The position numbers and the translations under genes are program-made. 64,000 nt of DNA, taken from contig OZ076409.1 of NCBI GenBank assembly GCA_964187785.1, positions 73,534,001 through 73,598,000 of the forward strand, given 5' to 3'. Shown here piece by piece: positions 49,259 to 63,639 of the stretch. The stretch is from Amphiscolops sp. MND2022 (Eukaryota). The first letter of the stretch is position 1; each line of letters begins with the position of its first letter. A model generated the notes under the pieces. It did not search any database. It worked only from the letters and a program-made list of their open reading frames with translations, and was not told where the DNA came from.

Positions 49259-51633
49259 GTGGTCGGGGTTGTTTCCCAGCCAATTTTGCCGCGCGGGGAG
49301 GGACCCGTTCAGCGGCCCAGGTAATTATTTTTTTTGCATTAAAAAAATGACCCATCCTAAAAGCGATTTCGAAACCCACCCGTAGGATCCCTCTGAATTT
49401 TTGCATACACCTCCGTATAACAGATGTAAGAAAAAGTCAGCAAGGGCGTTTTCAGTTCTAAACGGGGAATGTTGACCAAAAAGCGCAATTTATGTCCAAA
49501 AAAATGCAATTTTTCGACTTTTTTATTTTTGACGGCCCATAGCGTTTTCCCAGATGCCCGCTCAAGTCATAAACCGGAGTAAACTTTTGTTGGGCACTTC
49601 GTGACGAATCTTTAGGGTGATTTTCGTTTCAATCCTATTTCCTGACGTTGACTTATGGTTGGGTGAAAAAACGCAACATTTGTTACAAAAAGTGCTTTTG
49701 GTACTCAAGGGCCCATAACTCGTGACATAATCAATTGAGCAAGTTCGTGTATACTTACAATTTTGTTGCCTATCTATAGGAGAACAAACAAGCAGAAACA
49801 AAATTTTCTGTGGGAAATCGTCAAAAAAAGATATCACAGGTTTTATACTCAATAAAACAGTGTTTTTCAGTTATCGTGGAAAAAATGTAAAATGGTGGCA
49901 TTTTTCGGCTGTTTAAGGTAGCGGGTATTTTATTGCAGTTATTAACTCACCTCTAGTAGTCATTTACTTGGATGATTCTCACATTTGACAAATTGCATTA
50001 TAAACTTCATTTTTTGCGTCACCAATTTTGACATCCACGATTACAGTCACTTTTTTCGCGTTCACGTTTTTGAGTGGATATAACTTTTTTCCAGTGCGTT
50101 TTACGGTCTTCATCCAGGAGCACAAAATTGTTGGCCGTCTTAAGCAGAAAATACATGGTAAGTTTAGAGTCATTTGAAACGTTTTTGAAATGTCCAGAGA
50201 TGCACAAATTTACAGTTTTTTTGCCCACAAAACATTATTTTACGAAACCCAACACTTTTTGCCAAAAAAGTCAAACTTCGTCCACACAACTTAGATTGCA
50301 AGTGGATGCATGCGAAGAGTACTTGAAATGATGAGAAAAATGAGCTATAGAACGCTCATTTACGACAACCTGACGTTGACTTAGGATAATTTGAAAAATT
50401 ACAAAAATAAAGAACAACGGTTCCAAAACAATCAGTTTGTAGTAAATGGCCAATAACTCCATACACAACCCTCCGCGCAAGCTAGTGTCCAAGTACGTTT
50501 TTGTTACCCGTGAACAGTGCAACAAATAAGTAAAGGTAAAATTTTATGTAGAATATCGTCAGTGGAAAAAATAACGTGATTTTATATCACATTTGAGTGA
50601 CAAAATTGAAAAATTAGTCTATTCTGGGCATTTTACCTAAACTTTTTCGACAGTACACATACAGGGGGTAAAATTGGCCAAATATCATGCCTACCAAAAC
50701 TATTTGATCCATTGGCCACAATTTGAGCGTTCCACCTTTCCCCAGTTATAAATTATGAAACTTCAAAAATTTTCAAAATTTTCTTTTTTCAACAAAATTT
50801 CAACTTCAGGCCTCCCAAAGGTAAGAAAGTTCCACACAACTAGGATTGCAAGTGGATGCATGTGAAAAGTACTCGAATACACAAGAAAAATGGGCTTTAG
50901 AACGTCTCTCTATCGTAACTTGACGTTGACTTATGATGTTTTGAATGTGAGATTGCTACGGGCTCGAGAAGTGTAAGTGGAACATATGTCTCGTTGAAAA
51001 CTCATCAGAATACATCCAATGAACCCCAACCACCCTCAATTGCAGTTTCCTAGTGCAACAACGTCTTTCATAGACCGTTTTTGTTAAGAGTCGAAATCAT
51101 TAGTAACTTCAGTTAGCAAGAAACACTTGAGTACATTCTCATCTCTCCCCATCGGGGGAGATGAGAATGTACTTGCTAAAACGGTCTCCTTTGTTTTCAT
51201 GCGAGGCATTCTGTGCTTTGGCACATAAATACCTTTGTTTCGTCTGACGTCTCGGATAAATGGTGACTTTTCATTGAATTTCCCGTCACTACTTTACGTA
51301 ACATAATTTTTCTACCATTCACCTTTAACTTCAAAGCCACATAAATTTAGACTCCTATCGTCGATAAACATACCGTGGCATGTTTTTCGACGACGTATGC
51401 CGAAACACAAACGCGAACAACAGTGCTGAATGTCAGAAACAGTGACAAACAATATTGATTATTTGACATAAGGTAGGTTTTTATATGGAACTTACGCATC
51501 ACTGATATTTAATAACAATCCAGCTGACGAACACATACCAACATCACCGCCCACCGTCCGTAGGCATGCCGAGGCATGCCTTTCGACGACGTATGCCTAA
51601 TCCATTCCTCCGACGCCCGCACTCCGCCCCTAG
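49259..51633 (+). mobile_element. Non-autonomous cassette family T, ~2.38 kb (also 54298-56673, 56674-59049, 59050-61448)
   Basis: Shared head (…GCCGCGCGGGGAGGGACCCGTTCAGCGGCCCAGG), an internally duplicated block and a degenerate second core ~190 nt before the true core. Confidence 0.8.
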
Positions 51634-54600
51634 GTGGCCGGAAATTTTTTTTTCTTCTCAAATCTTTGCCGCTGGGGGAGGGGCCCCTGGCGGCTGCTGT
51701 TCGGTTTTACTACCTACCAAAACCTGCTTTTTTTTTCACGATCTCGAGAACCACCCGTACGATTTTCCTGAAAATTTGCATACAGGCTTAGAATCAAATC
51801 CTAAGAACTATTTCCTACTGGCGTTTTCCCGAATTTTTTCAAAAAGTTGGTCAAAAACGCAACAAAAGTTGCCAATGGACATAAAAAACGCAACTTTTCG
51901 ACTTTTAGGGCTCATAACTTTTTCCAGAGTGCCCGGAGCGACCCGTGTGCATCGGACACTTTTGTTCAGCATTCTAGGAAGAGTGCGTGGGCAAATTTTC
52001 GTTTAAATCGGACAAAAATTGACTGAGAAATTAACGCAAATTTTGGTGCATTTTTTGCGAATACTAGTCTATCTCTGCCATTTTCGCCCAAAATTTTTCC
52101 CAGAGCCTTTACAGGAGGCAACCCCTGCCCAAATTTCTGCCGAGCAAACCCATTTGGCCCTAAATACGAGGTTTCAGCGTTCTAGCATTTCCGCGCAAAA
52201 AGTTGTGGGACTTAGAAATTTTTCAAAAAAATGCAAAAATTGTAAAAAGTAACTTCCGGCGTCCCAAAGTCAAGAAACTTTCACACAACTAGTATTTCAA
52301 GTGAATGCATGTGGAAAGTACTTGGATAGACGAGAAAAATGAGCTATAGAACGACTCTCTAGCTTAATCTGACGTTGACTTATGACATTTTGAGTGTGAG
52401 CATCCTATAGGATTTTAATGTCAAAAATGAGATTTTGTAAGTCATGTCTCATCAAAAACTCGTCGGAATACGTTCAATCATCCCCATAGCTGTTCAATTA
52501 CTGTGACTTAGTAGAGCAACGCCATTTAATGTCCTTGGACCCATTTTGAAAATTTTCGTTATCGTCTTATTCGTCCGATATCCCGAAACAGTTGAGTACA
52601 TTCCATCTCTCCCTTAAGGGGGAGATGAGAATGTACTCGCCAAACACCTGACACAATGGCCCATATTGGTTTTTATTTGACCTTTCTCACGATATTACAC
52701 ACGGATAGCTGTGTTTGGTAAAAGTTTTCCATTGCACCATGTCTCCAGAAGCTAAACCACTTCTTTAGCCTACTACTTCTACTCAAACATCACTAACGTC
52801 AACGCCACATACTCGCATCAACGCCCACCGTCCGTGGGCATGCCGAGGCATGCCCTTCGACGACGTATGCCAAATAGCGCCACCTGGCGCCCCCAATTTC
52901 CGCTAGGTGGTCGGGTATTTTTTTTTACTCGTAGATGGCGTTTGCGAGGCTTTGGGGAGGGCCCCGTGCCGAGCCTGTACCGAAAATTACCACATACAAG
53001 AAGTGTCCGATTTAATCGTGATCTCAAAAACTAACCGTTAGAATTCTCTGAAATTTTGCATGTGGCCCCTGATCAATGAGTAATGAAAAAGTGTAGGAGT
53101 GACGGTTGCTGAAAAACTTGTCTTTGTTGCACTTTTTGCGCAATTTTTGTCGCATTGTTGCGTTTTTTATGTCATTTTCGACTTTTCAAGCAAAAAACTC
53201 ATAGATGCTTTGTTCCTAGCGTATCAAGTGTGGAGCACGAAAAGTTGCAGCATCTTCCATTACGTATGCTGGGAAAATTTGGTTGCCCTCGGATTACCCC
53301 CCACAGAGATAGAGGGGTGCATCCGGGTATTTTTGACCCCTAAATTTGGGAAATTGCTAATTTTCGTAATAAAGCCGTAGATTTAGCGCGTGCACACCCT
53401 GCTGAAGATTTGTTAGGCATTTTGAGATAGATCCGATGACATGCGTTGAGTTCACCCCCATCACCCCCTTGACCGGAAATGAACGTTTTTGTGCACTTTC
53501 AGACCGGAAGTCTCCATTTTCACCGGTAAGGAGGCATTGTACGAGCAACTAGCAGGATATCAAAAGTGAAGTATAACCTGGGGTCAACTTAATGACCACG
53601 TGTTGTCCAGTCATGGGTTTCGCTATGACCGGAAATGGGCTTAAAACCCCCTTTTGGTAGTATTTTTTATCAATTTTCCTTGTGCTTGGTCCACATTCAA
53701 GTTGCGTAAGTCAGTTGAACCAGTGAGAGCATAAAATATATATTCACTGCGTAGTCGTAACTGACACTGCCAGATACCGGAAGTAACCCCCTGTGACCGG
53801 AAGAGGTCAATTTTGACCGGAAATGGTCCAAAAAGTAGCGTAAATGCAGTTTTCAATGCTTTTTAAGGTCAAGTTATTAGTATTTTTCAATTTGAATGCT
53901 TTTTTCCACGCAAAAAGCTAACATCGTTGCATGTTTTGCTGAAGATCGGAAAAGTGATCACCATTATCACCCCCGATAGCCTTTCAAGTTGACCTTTGGT
54001 CAATCTTGAAGGCTATCTGTTCTGATAACGAAAAATAGTGGAATTTTGTTTCCTCCTTTCTCTTGATATTTTTCCTTCAAGTCAATTTGTCAAAAGAAAG
54101 ACATTTGTTCAACTGAGTGATCTGAAACCTGTCCAGAGGTGTCACCCGGACGAATACCATTTCAAGCTGAAGTACACAAATCAGGGTAGTATTAGACATC
54201 ACACACTCCTACCAACTCCCACCGTCTGTGGGCATGCCGAGGCATGCCCTTCGACGACGTATGCCAAATAGCGCTACAGGGCGCCCACAGTTGCTAGGTG
54301 GTCGGGGTGTTTCCCAGCCGTTTTGGCCGCGCGGGGAGGGACCCGTTCAGCGGCCCAGGTAATTAAGATTTTGTCATTCAAAAAATGACCCATCCGGAAA
54401 GCGATTTCGAAACCCACCCGTAGGATCCCTCTGAATTTTTGCATGCACCTCCGTATAACAGATGTAAGTTAAAGTCAGCAAGAGCGTTTTCAGTTCTAAA
54501 CGGGGAATGTTGACCAAAAAGCGCAATTTATGTCCAAAAAAATGCAATTTTTCGACTTTTTTATTTTTGACGGCCAACAGCTCTTTTCCAGATGCCCGCC

Positions 54601-57600
54601 CAAGTCATAAATCGGAGTAAGCTTTTGTTGGGCACTTCGTGAAGAATCTTTAGGGTGATTTTCGTTTCATTCCTATTTCCTGACGTTGACTTATGGTTGG
54701 GTGAAAAAACGCAACATTTGTTACAAAAAGTGCTTTTGGTACTCAAGGGCCCATAACTCGTGACATAATCAATTGAGCAAGTTCGTGTATACTTACGATT
54801 TTGTTGCCTATCTATAGGAGAACAAACAAGCAGTGACAAAACTTTCTGTGGGAAGACGTCAAAAAAAGATATCACAGGTTTTATAATCAATAAAACAGTG
54901 TTTTTCGGTTGTCGTGGAAAAAATGTAAAAGGGTGGCATTTTTCGGCTGTTTAAGGTAGCGGGTATTTTATTGCTGTTATTAACTCACCTCTAGTATTCA
55001 TTTACTTGGATGATTTTCAATTTTGATAAATTACATGATAAACTTCATTTTTTGCGTCACCAATATTGACACCCACGATTACAGTCATTTTTTTCGCGTT
55101 CACGTTTTTGAGTGGATATAACTTTTTTCCAGTGCGTTTTACGGTCATCATCCAGGAGCACAAAATTGTTGGCCGGCTTAAGCAGAAAATATATGGTAAG
55201 TTTAGAGTCATTTGAAACTTTTTTGAAATGTCCAGAGATGCACAAATTTACAGTTTTTTTGCCCACAAAACACTATTTTACGAAACCCAAAACTTTTTGC
55301 CAAAAAAGTCAAACTTTGTCCACACAACTTAGATTGCAAGTGAATGCATGCGGAGAGTACTTGAAATGGTGGGAAAAATGAGCTATAGAACGCTCATTTA
55401 CGACAACGTGACGTGGACTTAGGACATTTTGAAAAAGTACGAAAAAAAAGAACAACGGTTCCAAAACAATCAGTTTGTAGTAAATGGCCAATAACTCCAT
55501 ACACAACCTTCCGCGCAAGCTAGTGTCCAAGTACGTTTTTGTTACCCGTGAACAGCGCAACAAATAAGTAAAAGTAAAACTTTATGTAGAGAATCGTCGG
55601 AGAAAGAAATAACGGGATTTTTTGTCACATTTAAGAGACAAAATTGAAAAATTAGTCTATTCCTGGCATTTTACCTAAACTTTTTCGACAGTACACATAC
55701 AGGAGGTAAAATTCGCCCAATACCATGCCTAACAAAACTATTTGATCCATTGGCCGCAATTTGAGCGTTCCACCTTTCCCCAGTCATAAATTATGGGACT
55801 TCGAAATTTTTCAACTTTCCATTTTTCAACAAAATTTCAAATTCAGGCCTCCCAAAGGTAAGAAAGTTCCACACAACTAGGATTGCAAGTGGTTGCATGT
55901 GGAAAGTGCTCGAACCGACGAGAAAAATGGGCTTTAGAACGTCTCTCTATCGTAACCTGACGTTGACTTATGATGTTTTGAATGTGAGACTGCTACGTGC
56001 TCGAGAAGTGTAAGTGGAACATATGTCTCGTCGAAAACTCATCGGAATACATCCAATGAACCCAAATCACCCTCAATTGCAGTTTCCTAGTGCAACAACG
56101 TCTGTCAAGGACCTTTTTTGATAAGAGTCGAACTTATTATTAAATTCAGTTAGCAAGAAACACTTGAGTACATTCTCATCTCTCCCCATCGGGGGAGATG
56201 AGAATGTACTTGCAAATTGGCCTCATTTGTTTTCATGCGAGGCATTCTGTGCTTTGGCACACTTAGATAACTTTGTTTTGTCTGTTTTTTTTGCATATAC
56301 TTTAAATTGACATTAGAAATTTGCCGACTTTACTTTACGTAAAATTAACTTTCTACCATGCACCTTTAACGTCAAAGCCACATAAAATTAGACTCCTATC
56401 GTCGAAAAACATACCGCGGCATTTATTTTGATGACATATGCCGAAACACAAACGTGAACAAAATTGATGAGATTCAGAAACAGTGACAAACAATTTTTAC
56501 TATTTGACATAAGGTAGGTTTTTATATGGAACTTACACATCACTGATATTTAATAACAATCCAGCTGACGCACACATACCAACATCAACGCCCACCGTCT
56601 GTAGGCATGCCGAGGCATGGCTTTCGACGACGTATGCCTAATCCACTCCCCGACGCCCCCACTCCGCCCCTAGGTGGTCGGGGTGTTTCCCAGCCGTTTT
56701 GGCCGCGCGGGGAGGGACCCGTTCAGCGGCCCAGGTAATTAAGATTTTGTCATTCAAAAAATGACCCATCCGGAAAGCGATTTCGAAACCCACCCGTAGG
56801 ATCCCTCTGAATTTTTGCATGCACCTCCGTATAACAGATGTAAGTTAAAGTCAGCAAGAGCGTTTTCAGTTCTAAACGGGGAATGTTGACCAAAAAGCGC
56901 AATTTATGTCCAAAAAAATGCAATTTTTCGACTTTTTTATTTTTGACGGCCAACAGCTCTTTTCCAGATGCCCGCCCAAGTCATAAATCGGAGTAAGCTT
57001 TTGTTGGGCACTTCGTGAAGAATCTTTAGGGTGATTTTCGTTTCATTCCTATTTCCTGACGTTGACTTATGGTTGGGTGAAAAAACGCAACATTTGTTAC
57101 AAAAAGTGCTTTTGGTACTCAAGGGCCCATAACTCGTGACATAATCAATTGAGCAAGTTCGTGTATACTTACGATTTTGTTGCCTATCTATAGGAGAACA
57201 AACAAGCAGTGACAAAACTTTCTGTGGGAAGACGTCAAAAAAAGATATCACAGGTTTTATAATCAATAAAACAGTGTTTTTCGGTTGTCGTGGAAAAAAT
57301 GTAAAAGGGTGGCATTTTTCGGCTGTTTAAGGTAGCGGGTATTTTATTGCTGTTATTAACTCACCTCTAGTATTCATTTACTTGGATGATTTTCAATTTT
57401 GATAAATTACATGATAAACTTCATTTTTTGCGTCACCAATATTGACACCCACGATTACAGTCATTTTTTTCGCGTTCACGTTTTTGAGTGGATATAACTT
57501 TTTTCCAGTGCGTTTTACGGTCATCATCCAGGAGCACAAAATTGTTGGCCGGCTTAAGCAGAAAATATATGGTAAGTTTAGAGTCATTTGAAACGTTTTT

Positions 57601-60600
57601 GAAATGTCCAGAGATGCACAAATTTACAGTTTTTTTGCCCACAAAACACTATTTTACGAAACCCAAAACTTTTTGCCAAAAAAGTCAAACTTTGTCCACA
57701 CAACTTAGATTGCAAGTGAATGCATGCGGAGAGTACTTGAAATGGTGGGAAAAATGAGCTATAGAACGCTCATTTACGACAACGTGACGTGGACTTAGGA
57801 CATTTTGAAAAAGTACGAAAAAAAAGAACAACGGTTCCAAAACAATCAGTTTGTAGTAAATGGCCAATAACTCCATACACAACCTTCCGCGCAAGCTAGT
57901 GTCCAAGTACGTTTTTGTTACCCGTGAACAGCGCAACAAATAAGTAAAAGTAAAACTTTATGTAGAGAATCGTCGGAGAAAGAAATAACGGGATTTTTTG
58001 TCACATTTAAGAGACAAAATTGAAAAATTAGTCTATTCCTGGCATTTTACCTAAACTTTTTCGACAGTACACATACAGGAGGTAAAATTCGCCCAATACC
58101 ATGCCTAACAAAACTATTTGATCCATTGGCCGCAATTTGAGCGTTCCACCTTTCCCCAGTCATAAATTATGGGACTTCGAAATTTTTCAAAATTTCCATT
58201 TTTCAACAAAATTTCAAATTCAGGCCTCCCAAAGGTAAGAAAGTTCCACACAACTAGGATTGCAAGTGGTTGCATGTGGAAAGTGCTCGAACCGACGAGA
58301 AAAATGGGCTTTAGAACGTCTCTCTATCGTAACCTGACGTTGACTTATGATGTTTTGAATGTGAGACTGCTACGTGCTCGAGAAGTGTAAGTGGAACATA
58401 TGTCTCGTTGAAAACTCATCGGAATACATTCAATGAACCCAATCACCCTAAATTGCAGTTTCCTAGTGCAACAACGTCTGTCAAGGACCTTTTTTGATAA
58501 GAGTCGAAATTATTATTAAATTCAGTTAGCAAGAAACACTTGAGTACATTCTCATCTCTCCCCATCGGGGGAGATGAGAATGTACTTGCTAAAACGGCTT
58601 CTTTGTTTTCATGCGATGGATTCTGTGCCTTGCCACACATATAACTTTGTTTTGTGTGACCTTGCGTATATAATTTGACTTGTCATAATAAATTTTTTCT
58701 CGTAAATTTACGTAAATCAACAATGCATCTACAATGCACCTTCAACGTCAAAGTCAAATAAATATAGCTGGCCACCGTCCGTAGGCAGAGCAAGGCATGC
58801 TTTTTGACGACGTATGCCGAAACACAAACGCAAACAAAACTGCTGAAAATCAGAAACAGTGACCAACAATTTTGACTGTTTGACATATGGTAGGTTTTTA
58901 TATGGAATTTACACATCACTGATATTTCACAACATTTCAGCTGACACCCACCTACCACTATCAACGCGCACCGTCAGTGGGCATGCCGAGGCATGCCCTT
59001 CGACGACGTATGGCTAACACCTTCAGCGACGCCCCCGCGCTCCCCCTAGGTGGTCGGGGTGTGTTTCCCAGCCAATTTTGCCGCGCGGGGAGGGACCCGT
59101 TCAGCGGCCCAGGTCATTATTTTTTTTACATTAAAAAAAACGATACCCCGGAAAGCGATTTCGAAACCCACCCGTAGGATCCCTCTGAATTTTTGCATAC
59201 ACCTCCGTATAACAGATGTAAGAAAAAGTCAGCAAGGGCGTTTTCAATTCTAAATGGGGAATGTTGACCAAAAAGCGCAATTTATGTCCAAAAAAATGCA
59301 ATTTTCCGACTTTTTTATTTTTGACGGCCCACAGCTCTTTTCCAGATGCCCGCCCAAGTCATAAACCGGAGTAAACTTTTGTTGGGCACTTCGTGAAGAA
59401 TCTTTAGGGTGATTTTCGTTTCAATCCTATTTCCTGACGTTGACTTCTATGTGACGCAATTAGGTGCAAAATTGGGTGAAAAAACGCAATTTTGGTACTC
59501 AAGGGCTCATAACTCGTTACAGAGTCAATTTAGCAAGTTGATTTATATCGACGTTTTTGTTGCCTACTTATAGGCAAACAATTAAGCAGAAACAAAATTT
59601 TCTGTGAGACATCGTCAAAAAAAGATATCACTTGTTTAAAAAACGCAAAAAATGTAGTTTTTTGGATTTCGTGAAAAAAATATAAAAAGGTGGCGTCTAC
59701 CGGCTGTTACAGGTAGCGGGTATTTTATTGCAGTTAATAACTCACCTTTAGTAGTCATTTACTTGGATGGTTTTTGATTTTGAGAAAATGCATGATAACT
59801 TTCATTTTTTGCCTCACCAATATTGACACCCACGACTACCGTCGATTTTTCGAGTTCACGTATTCAACTGGATATACTTTTTTTCCAGTGCGTTTTACGG
59901 TCCTCACACAGGAGTGCAAAAATGTTGCCCATCTTAAACAGAAGGCATATGGTGAGTTTAGAGTAATTTGAAAGGTTTTCGACATGTCCAGAGATGCACA
60001 AATTTACAGTTTTTTTGCCCACAAAACACTATTTTACGAAACCCAACACTTTTTGCCAAAAATGTGAAACTTCGTCCACACAACTTAGATTGCAAGTGGG
60101 TGCATGCGGAGAGTACTCGAAATAACGAGAAAAATGAGCTAACGAACGCTCATTTACGACAACTTGACGTGGACTTAAGACATTTTGAAAATCACAAAAA
60201 AAGGACAACGATTTCAAAACAATCAGTTTGTAGTAAATGGCCAATAACTCCATACACAACCCTCCGAGCAAGCTAGTGTCCAATTACGTTTTTATTACCT
60301 GTGAGCAATGCAACAAATAATCAAAAGTAAAAGTTTATGTAGAAAATCGTCGGGGAAAGAAATAACGGGATTTTATATCACATTTAAGTGACAAAATTCA
60401 AAAATTAGTCTATCCATGGCATTTTCCCTAATATTTTTCGACAATACGCACACACGGGGTAAAATCTGCCTAAAACTGTGCCTACTAATACTATTTGATC
60501 CATTGGCAGCAAATTGTGCGTTCTAGTTCTAGTTTTCCCATTCAAAAATTATGCGACTTCGAAAATTTTCAAAATTTTCATTTTTCAACAAAATTTCAAC

Positions 60601-61448
60601 TTCAGGCCTCCCGAAGGTAAGAAAAACCCACACAACTATGATTGCAAGTGAATGCATGTGGAAAGTACTTGAACAGACAAGAAAAATGGGCTATAGAACG
60701 TCTCTCTATCGTAACCTGACGTTGACTTATGATGTTTTGAATGTGAGATTGCTACAGGGTCGAGAAGTCAAAGTGTGTAAGTGGAACATATGTCTCGTCG
60801 AAAACTCATCGGAAAACTTTCAGTGAACCCCAAACACACTCAATTGCAGTTGCCTAGTGCAACAACGTCTTTTCAAGGACCTTTTACTTATTCTGAAAAG
60901 TGTCGAAATCATTATTAAATTCAGTTAGCAAGAAACACTTGAGTACATTCTCATCTCTCCCCATCGGGGGAGATGAGAATGTACTTGCTAAAACGGTCCC
61001 CTTTGTTTTCACGCGAGGCATTCTGTGCTTTGGCACATGAATACCTTTGTTATGTCTGACGTTTCGGATAAACGGTGACTTTTCATTAAATTTCCCGTCA
61101 TTACTTTACGTAACATAATCTTTCTACCATTCAACTTTAACTTCAAAGCCACATAAATTTAGACTCCTATCGTCGATAAACATACCGTGGCATGTTTTTC
61201 GATGACGTATGCCAAAACACAAACGCGAACAAAAGTGCTAAATTTCAGAAACAGTGACAAACAATTTTGACTGTTTGGTATAACATTTGGTAGGTTCTTA
61301 TATGGAACTTACTCATCACTGATATTTCACAACATTCCAGCTGACGCCCACATACCAACATTAACGTCCACCGTCCGTGGGCATGCCGAGGCATGCCCTT
61401 CGACGACGTATGGCAAATAATTTATGCGACACCCCCGCCCACCTCTAG

Positions 61449-63639
61449 GTGGAGGTTATTTTATAATAATTAAAGTGTTTTTTTCCGGAGTTTGTGGCTT
61501 TGGAAAAAACAAAAGGCGAGAAATTGGGCACTCCGGGCTGAACCGTATACACTCAAAATTCGCCCAATATTTATACGATCTCGAAACCCAGCCGTACGAT
61601 TTGGCTGAAAATTTGCATGCGGCTAAAAAATCAGATTCTAAGAACTATTTCCTGCTGACATTTTTTTGAAATTTTTGTGTACGTTTCCCCCCCGCCCCCT
61701 AAAGGGGTCAATTTTCCCCAATTTTGCACTTATGAGTCAAATTCTCAAAACTGGTGGATCTGAGCGTATTCCCAGCGGGGACAACTTTTAACAAGCGCTC
61801 TTCAGTAGACCTTTTTGACTTTTTACTTTGGTGGTAGGTTCACCCCCCAAGGAGGAAATGGCGTTTTTGTGACTTCCGGTCGAGACTTTTTTCACCCAAA
61901 AAATTGAAATAAGCCAGTTTTGAGCAGGAAGGAGTGGATTTGAAGTGTCTGTACCCTGCTAAAAATTTGTTGGGCTTGTAGCGATATATCTCATACCAAG
62001 TCTGGTTTTCATCCCCAAACCCCCCTTGAGACCAAAATTCAAACAAACATTTTACCTCTATTTGTCGTTTTTTTCACAAAATGTCGTCATTTCTATCGGC
62101 AAAGATTTGAATTAGGGGCTCCTAATAGCGTACCAAAGTTCAAGTACACTTGGAGTGCAATTGAGTGACCCTTTTTGGGCCTCTCGTGTGTTCGGCAATG
62201 ACCGGAAGTGGTATAAACCCCCCTTTTTTGACGTTTGTTGACCTTGAGACTCGCGCTTAGATGACGTTTGTGTCGCGCAAATCCTACAAACCAGTATTAG
62301 GATGACATGCTAGCCAACTAGAGAGCAATAAGGGAAACTATACTATACCGGAAGTAACCCCCTCTTGACCGGAAGTTGTCATTTTTGACCGGAAATGGTC
62401 CAAAACCTAGCGTGAAAGCAGTTTTTCATTGCTTTTAATGTCAACTTAATACTTTTTTCACTCTGCGCGAGCTTGCCTTCAGGTCCGTTAGTGTTGCCCG
62501 TGCACACTGCAACAAATATACATCTGTAAAGATTTGGCTATAATTTCGTCGGAGAGAGAAATAACGGATTTTTGTGATTTTTTTTCAAAAATATTAGTCT
62601 TTATCTGTCATTTTTACTCAACGTTATTGAACAGTAGAACCACAGGTGTTAGTCTCTGCACAAATATATGTCTAACAAAAGCACTTGTTCCATTGGTTGC
62701 AGTTTGAGCGATCTAGTTTTGCCTCGTCACAAGTTAGGGGACTTGAAAAACTTTCAAAATCTTTTCCGAACTTTTTTCTAAACGTCACGTCTCTCAAAGT
62801 TAAGAAACTTCCTCACAACTAGGACTGCAAGTGAATGCATGTGGTAAGACCTATAAATGGAGAGAAAAACTCCGTTTAGGACGTCTCTTTATCTTAACGT
62901 GACGCTAAGAGATGTTGCTTTGAATGTGAGTTTGATAATGCGTCGAGAAGTAAAAGCGTGTAAATGGAACCTTTGTCTCGATAAATACTCATTGCACAAC
63001 ACGCGATGAACCCCAATTACCCTCAGTTTCAGTTGTTTAGTACATCAACGTCTTCCAAAGACCTTTTATCTATTTTGAAAAGTGTCGAAATCAATATTGA
63101 TATCAGTTATCATGAAACACTTGAGTACATTCTCATCTCTCCCCATCGGGTGAGATGAGAATGTTCTTGCTAAAAGCCAGGTACTACGGCTCCCTTTTGT
63201 TTTAATACGATGCATTCTCTGCTTTAGCACATATATATTTTATTTCGCCTGATTGCTTGTATACTCTCTGACTTGTTGTTATAAATCTCTCGTCATTACT
63301 TTACATAAATATACAACCAAAAATCATTATCGTCAACGCCACATACATTTAGACGCCCACCATTCCGTAGGTATGTCGAGGCATACCTTTCGATTACGTA
63401 TGTCAAAACGCAAACGCGATAAAAAGTGCTGAAAGTCTGAAACAGTGACAAACAATTTAGACTATTTGACATATGGTAGGTTTTAATATGGGAGTTACAC
63501 ATCACTGACATTTCACATCATTCCAGCTGACGCCCACATACCAACATCAACGCCCACCGTCCGTGGGCATGCCGAGGCATGCCCTTCGACGACGTATGCC
63601 AATTTCTGCATATCTACACTCAATTGCGGTAGCAGCTAG
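61449..63639 (+). mobile_element. Non-autonomous cassette, 2191 bp; same family as the partial unit at 1-784
   Basis: The 3' ~780 bp align by eye with 1-784, including the degenerate core AGGTATGTCGAGGCATACCT and the tail TATCTACAC.CAATTGCGGTAGCAG-CTAG. Confidence 0.72.

Noticed and set aside
42284..63511. Short ORFs in the right arm (e.g. MLTYGRKTGNN, MIIKPVISFF)
   Set aside because: Same reasons: no recognisable domains, and frames are not preserved between copies.
691..63639. CRISPR array (palindromic repeat plus 26-39-nt variable segment)
   Set aside because: Repeats are 1.3-2.4 kb apart, the variable segments recur with their unit family, there are no cas genes, and the context is eukaryotic.
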